The position numbers were made by a program, and so were the translations under genes. A stretch of DNA of 47,425 nt, taken from IMG/VR virus record IMGVR_UViG_3300043411_000433, positions 1 through 47,425 of that record; one strand, 5' to 3'. Each line of letters opens with the position of its first letter. Positions within the stretch are counted from its first letter, which is position 1. Shown piece by piece: positions 44,421 to 47,425 of this stretch. Origin of the DNA: a virus (lineage: Duplodnaviria > Caudoviricetes). The notes under the pieces were generated by a model. That model was not told the DNA's origin and searched no databases. It worked only from the letters and a program-made list of their open reading frames with translations.

Positions 44421-44640
44421 CCTCGACCTCCTCATGTCCCGCATGGAAGAAATCAACGCCAAAGCCGCAACCGACCTGACCCCGAATGACATTGATGTCA
44501 TTATCGAATACCACCGTCGCCAGCGAAACCGCAAAGCCTCCGGTGAAAAACCAGTGAAACCTGCAAGCGTTGATATATCTTCCATCATGTCTAAGCTAAC
44601 CGCCAAGCCATCCGCCGAGCCGATCAAGAGGAGGATTTGA
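44413..44640 (+). CDS. Hypothetical protein, ending AEPIKRRI
   Basis: Start ATG 44413 (MNDLDLLMSR); overlaps the upstream stop. Confidence 0.7.
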   Translation: MNDLDLLMSRMEEINAKAATDLTPNDIDVIIEYHRRQRNRKASGEKPVKPASVDISSIMSKLTAKPSAEPIKRRI

Positions 44641-44843
44641 TGAAGAGACAAAGCAAAGCTGAGGAAGCTCTCAACAAACAAATCAAGAATCTCGATATCA
44701 AACTCGATATGATTCAAAATTCGATAGAAGCATTATCGAACCAAGCATCTGCTGTACGTGACATCAAAAAACAGCTTGAGCGTGAAGTAGATAATCTAAA
44801 ACATATTCGACTTACAGCTTCCGAACGCCTTTCCAAAGGTTGA
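44637..44843 (+). CDS. Small coiled-coil protein
   Basis: AGGAGG SD; heptad pattern. Confidence 0.65.
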   Translation: MMKRQSKAEEALNKQIKNLDIKLDMIQNSIEALSNQASAVRDIKKQLEREVDNLKHIRLTASERLSKG

Positions 44844-44848
44844 CTCCA

Positions 44849-45880
44849 ATGTCCCTCAATGAATCCTACCTCACCCACGGCTCTGCCTCCCCATTCCTCC
44901 CCGGAACCAAAATCCAGTACGCTTGGGACTCCACCTGCCTCGGCATGATCAAAACCTGTCCACGCCTTTACCAATACACCATCATCGATGGCTGGGCCTC
45001 GCGCGACGAATCTGTCCACCTGACCTTCGGTATCCACTACCACACCGCCCTCCAGAACTACGACATCGCCAAAGCCAATGGCGCAAGCCACGACGATGCA
45101 ATGCGCGAAGCCATCACCCGCGCCATGCATGACATAGAAGGATGGGAAGTTGACCGCGACTCCAAAGCCGGAAAGTACAAAAACCCTGAGACTCTCATTT
45201 CTTTGGTGGTCGGGTATCTTGACCATTACGAAGATGACCCCGCGGAGACGTATATCAAATCCGACGGCACCGCGGCGGTAGAGTTGAGCTTTCGGTTTGA
45301 GCTTGATTGGGGGCCGGAGGCTGGACATAAAGATATCAGCCATCTTGATCTTGATACGCCAGAAGGCATGAGTGCTGCCAATGAGCCTTCCCGTCCCTAC
45401 CTCCTCTCCGGCCACCTCGACCGAGTCATCAATTTCAACGACCATCTTTTCGTCCTCGACCACAAAACCACAACCACAACTCTCTCCGACTACTATTTCA
45501 ACCAATACGAACCCTCGAACCAAATGACCCTCTACTCCCTCGCCGGCGCAACCGTCCTCGACGCCCCGATCAAAGGCGTCTGCATCTCCGGCGCGCAAAT
45601 CATGCTCTCCGACCCCCACCGCTTTGTTCGCCGATTCACTTACCGCACCCCGGATCAACTCGATGAATGGCTCATGGACCTGCGCTTCCACCTTGCCAAT
45701 GCCGAACACTACGCCACCGTTGAATACTGGCCGATGAACGATGTAAGTTGTGACAAGTTTGGGGGATGTAAATTCCGCGGAGTTTGTTCCAAGTCCCCGC
45801 AAGTTCGGGAAATGTTTCTTAAGACTGACTTTGTTAAGCTAGAGGAGGACCAAAAATGGAATCCCCTCCGCAGTCGGTAG
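44849..45880 (+). CDS. PD-(D/E)XK (RecB/Cas4-like) exonuclease with probable Fe-S cysteines
   Basis: KTCPR, FGIHYHTAL, GHLDRV..VLDHKTT, QMTLY, C-terminal CDKFGGCKFRGVC. Confidence 0.85.
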   Translation: MSLNESYLTHGSASPFLPGTKIQYAWDSTCLGMIKTCPRLYQYTIIDGWASRDESVHLTFGIHYHTALQNYDIAKANGASHDDAMREAITRAMHDIEGWEVDRDSKAGKYKNPETLISLVVGYLDHYEDDPAETYIKSDGTAAVELSFRFELDWGPEAGHKDISHLDLDTPEGMSAANEPSRPYLLSGHLDRVINFNDHLFVLDHKTTTTTLSDYYFNQYEPSNQMTLYSLAGATVLDAPIKGVCISGAQIMLSDPHRFVRRFTYRTPDQLDEWLMDLRFHLANAEHYATVEYWPMNDVSCDKFGGCKFRGVCSKSPQVREMFLKTDFVKLEEDQKWNPLRSR

Positions 45881-46071
45881 TCCCTTCTTGGCTCCGCTGG
45901 CCACCCAACTGCTGCGAAACCTGCGTCGGTTGGCAACGCATCGATACCCACACCGGCACCTGCCAGAAAGACAACGCCCTTGACGTAGCTACCATCACCG
46001 ACTCTCGCTATCGCTGCCCCTCGTTTTATAGGAAACCTGACGATGCCCAGCCTATCCTCCCACCAGTCTAA
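45856..46071 (+). CDS. Small Cys-rich protein
   Basis: GAGGAGG SD; CCETC..W..GTC....CPSF pattern. Confidence 0.55.
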   Translation: MESPPQSVVPSWLRWPPNCCETCVGWQRIDTHTGTCQKDNALDVATITDSRYRCPSFYRKPDDAQPILPPV

Positions 46072-46906
46072 CTCCTTCACCAAACTCCTCCTCCTCGGCG
46101 ATGCCAAGTCCGGCAAGACCGGTTCGCTCGTATCCCTAGTTAAGGCCGGATACAAGCTCCGCATCCTTGACTTAGACAATCTTCTTGATATACTTAAGTA
46201 CAAAGTCCTCGAAGAATGCCCGGACAACCTAGCCAATGTCGAGTTCCGGTCAGTCCGCGATAAGTACAAACCCGGCCCCGGCGGTACCCAAATCGACGGC
46301 AAGCCCAAAGCTTGGACCGAATCCCTGAAACTTCTATCCAACTGGAAGTATACCGATGAAACTTCCGGGGAGGAAATTGACTATGGAAATCCTGCCGAAT
46401 GGGGGTCTGATACCATTCTTGTTATCGACAGCCTGTCTCGTTGGTGTGACTCTGCTTATGATTTTCATGAAGCCATAATCCCTCGCGGCAAATCCGGCGA
46501 CTACGATGGCCGGGCGGTCTACGGCAATGCGCAAGACGACGTTGAAAAGCAACTCGCTATGCTCATGTCCAACACCATTCGCACCAACATCATTGTTATC
46601 GCCCACGGCACCTACATGGACCTGCCGGATGGCACCAAGAAAATCTTCCCTCAAGGCGTGGGCCAGAAGCTGTCGTTGAAAATCCCCCAGTACTTCCCGA
46701 ACTACATCCGATACAAGAACAAGGCCGGCAAGCGCACGATCCAAGTCGAATCCGACGCAATGATTGACCTTGCCAACACTCGACCAAATACCCTGAACAA
46801 AGAACTCCCGATCGAGACCGGCCTTGCTGAATTTTTCTCGGCGTTGCGTGATGCGCCTGTGAAAAATGACAAACCCAAATCCGTCACGCTGATTCGTAAA
46901 GCCTAA
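46043..46906 (+). CDS. AAA_24 / Sak4-like RecA-fold ATPase (single-strand annealing recombinase)
   Basis: LLLGDAKSGKT, LVIDSLS, NIIVIAH; between exonuclease and SSB genes, as in Sak4 modules. Confidence 0.8.
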   Translation: MPSLSSHQSNSFTKLLLLGDAKSGKTGSLVSLVKAGYKLRILDLDNLLDILKYKVLEECPDNLANVEFRSVRDKYKPGPGGTQIDGKPKAWTESLKLLSNWKYTDETSGEEIDYGNPAEWGSDTILVIDSLSRWCDSAYDFHEAIIPRGKSGDYDGRAVYGNAQDDVEKQLAMLMSNTIRTNIIVIAHGTYMDLPDGTKKIFPQGVGQKLSLKIPQYFPNYIRYKNKAGKRTIQVESDAMIDLANTRPNTLNKELPIETGLAEFFSALRDAPVKNDKPKSVTLIRKA

Positions 46907-46921
46907 CCAAAGGATCCAACC

Positions 46922-47368
46922 ATGAACGACAAGCCCAACTTCTCCTCCATCCTTGACGAGCAGCCCACCGAAGTCGATCGCCCCAAGCCGCTTCCGGCCG
47001 GTACCTATCTCTGCGTAGTCGCCGGCGCACCCGAGTACGGCAAGTCCTCGAAGAAAGGCACGGACTTTGCCCAGTTTACCCTCAAGCCAATGTCCGCGGA
47101 GGACGACGTTGACGAGGACGAACTCGATGAAGCCGGCGGACTGGAAAACAAAACCCTCCGGACTACCTTCTACCTCACCGAGGACGCGATCTACCGCCTC
47201 GATGAGTTTCATGAACATTGTGGCCTCGATATTTCCAAGCCCATGTCTCGACGCATGCGCAATGACGAAGTCGTGAACGCGCATGTTCGGGCGGTAGTGA
47301 AGCATCGGACAAGCGAAGATGGCTCGCGCATCTACGCAGAAATCTCGCGGACGCTGGTTGCTGACTAA
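46922..47368 (+). CDS. Single-stranded DNA-binding protein-like (DUF669-type OB fold)
   Basis: PKPLPAGTY, SSKKGT, AIYRLDEF, IYAEI motifs; follows the Sak4-like ATPase. Confidence 0.7.
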   Translation: MNDKPNFSSILDEQPTEVDRPKPLPAGTYLCVVAGAPEYGKSSKKGTDFAQFTLKPMSAEDDVDEDELDEAGGLENKTLRTTFYLTEDAIYRLDEFHEHCGLDISKPMSRRMRNDEVVNAHVRAVVKHRTSEDGSRIYAEISRTLVAD

Positions 47369-47425
47369 GGAGGAAACCATGACTGACTCGCGCCCACTTA
47401 CTTTCGGAGAAAAGGCTGTTGGCCT
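47286..47425 (+). repeat. Terminal direct repeat, copy 2 (matches 1-140)
   Basis: Contains the end of the SSB-like gene and the start of the Acb2/Tad1-like gene. Confidence 0.95.

Larger units (their letters stand above)
1..47425. mobile_element. Apparently complete tailed dsDNA bacteriophage genome (podovirus-type; BPP-1/epsilon15-like head-tail module, PolA replication module)
   Basis: Terminase, portal, capsid, tail tubular, ejection, lysis and replication genes fill the window in two divergent arms. The ends overlap and no host genes or integrase were recognised. Confidence 0.95.

Noticed and set aside
44849-45880. Cas4 as evidence of a CRISPR system
   Set aside because: It sits in an exonuclease / Sak4-like / SSB recombination module typical of phages, with no cas1, cas2 or array.
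44714-47380. Long minus-strand ORFs 44714-45802 and 46334-47380
   Set aside because: They are antisense shadows of well-supported plus-strand genes; biased codon usage suppresses stops on the opposite strand.

Overview
The window is an apparently complete, circularly closable ~47.3 kb genome of a tailed dsDNA phage with a podovirus layout. Positions 1-140 repeat at 47286-47425 with 3 synonymous mismatches. The plus-strand arm (35.8 kb to the end, continuing into 1-4.6 kb) carries many small early genes, a pyrimidine-dimer glycosylase-like gene, an XRE HTH, a UvrD-like helicase, and a PD-(D/E)XK nuclease / Sak4-like ATPase / SSB module. It continues with an Acb2/Tad1-like protein, a family A DNA polymerase split into a UDG-like+exonuclease gene and a polymerase gene, and a DUF3987-like ATPase. 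The minus-strand arm (35.1 kb to 4.6 kb) encodes the terminases, portal, scaffold, a BPP-1/epsilon15-type capsid and cement protein, tail tubular proteins, ejection proteins and a GH73 endolysin lysis cassette. I recognised no integrase, RNA polymerase, primase, tRNA, CRISPR array or reverse transcriptase. The most unusual signal is five virion-appendage-type proteins (two beta-helix tailspikes, a head-spike-fibre-like protein and two small beta proteins) that all start with Sec-type signal peptides, suggesting periplasmic folding and late or post-lysis virion decoration. Also notable: unrelated proteins share a C-terminal AEPIKRRI / RR[IV] tail, the polymerase split falls inside the proofreading domain, and an origin-like inverted-repeat / 11-bp-iteron element sits at the transcription divergence point. 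All family calls are motif recognition by eye, not database results; an alphaproteobacterial host is only a weak inference.
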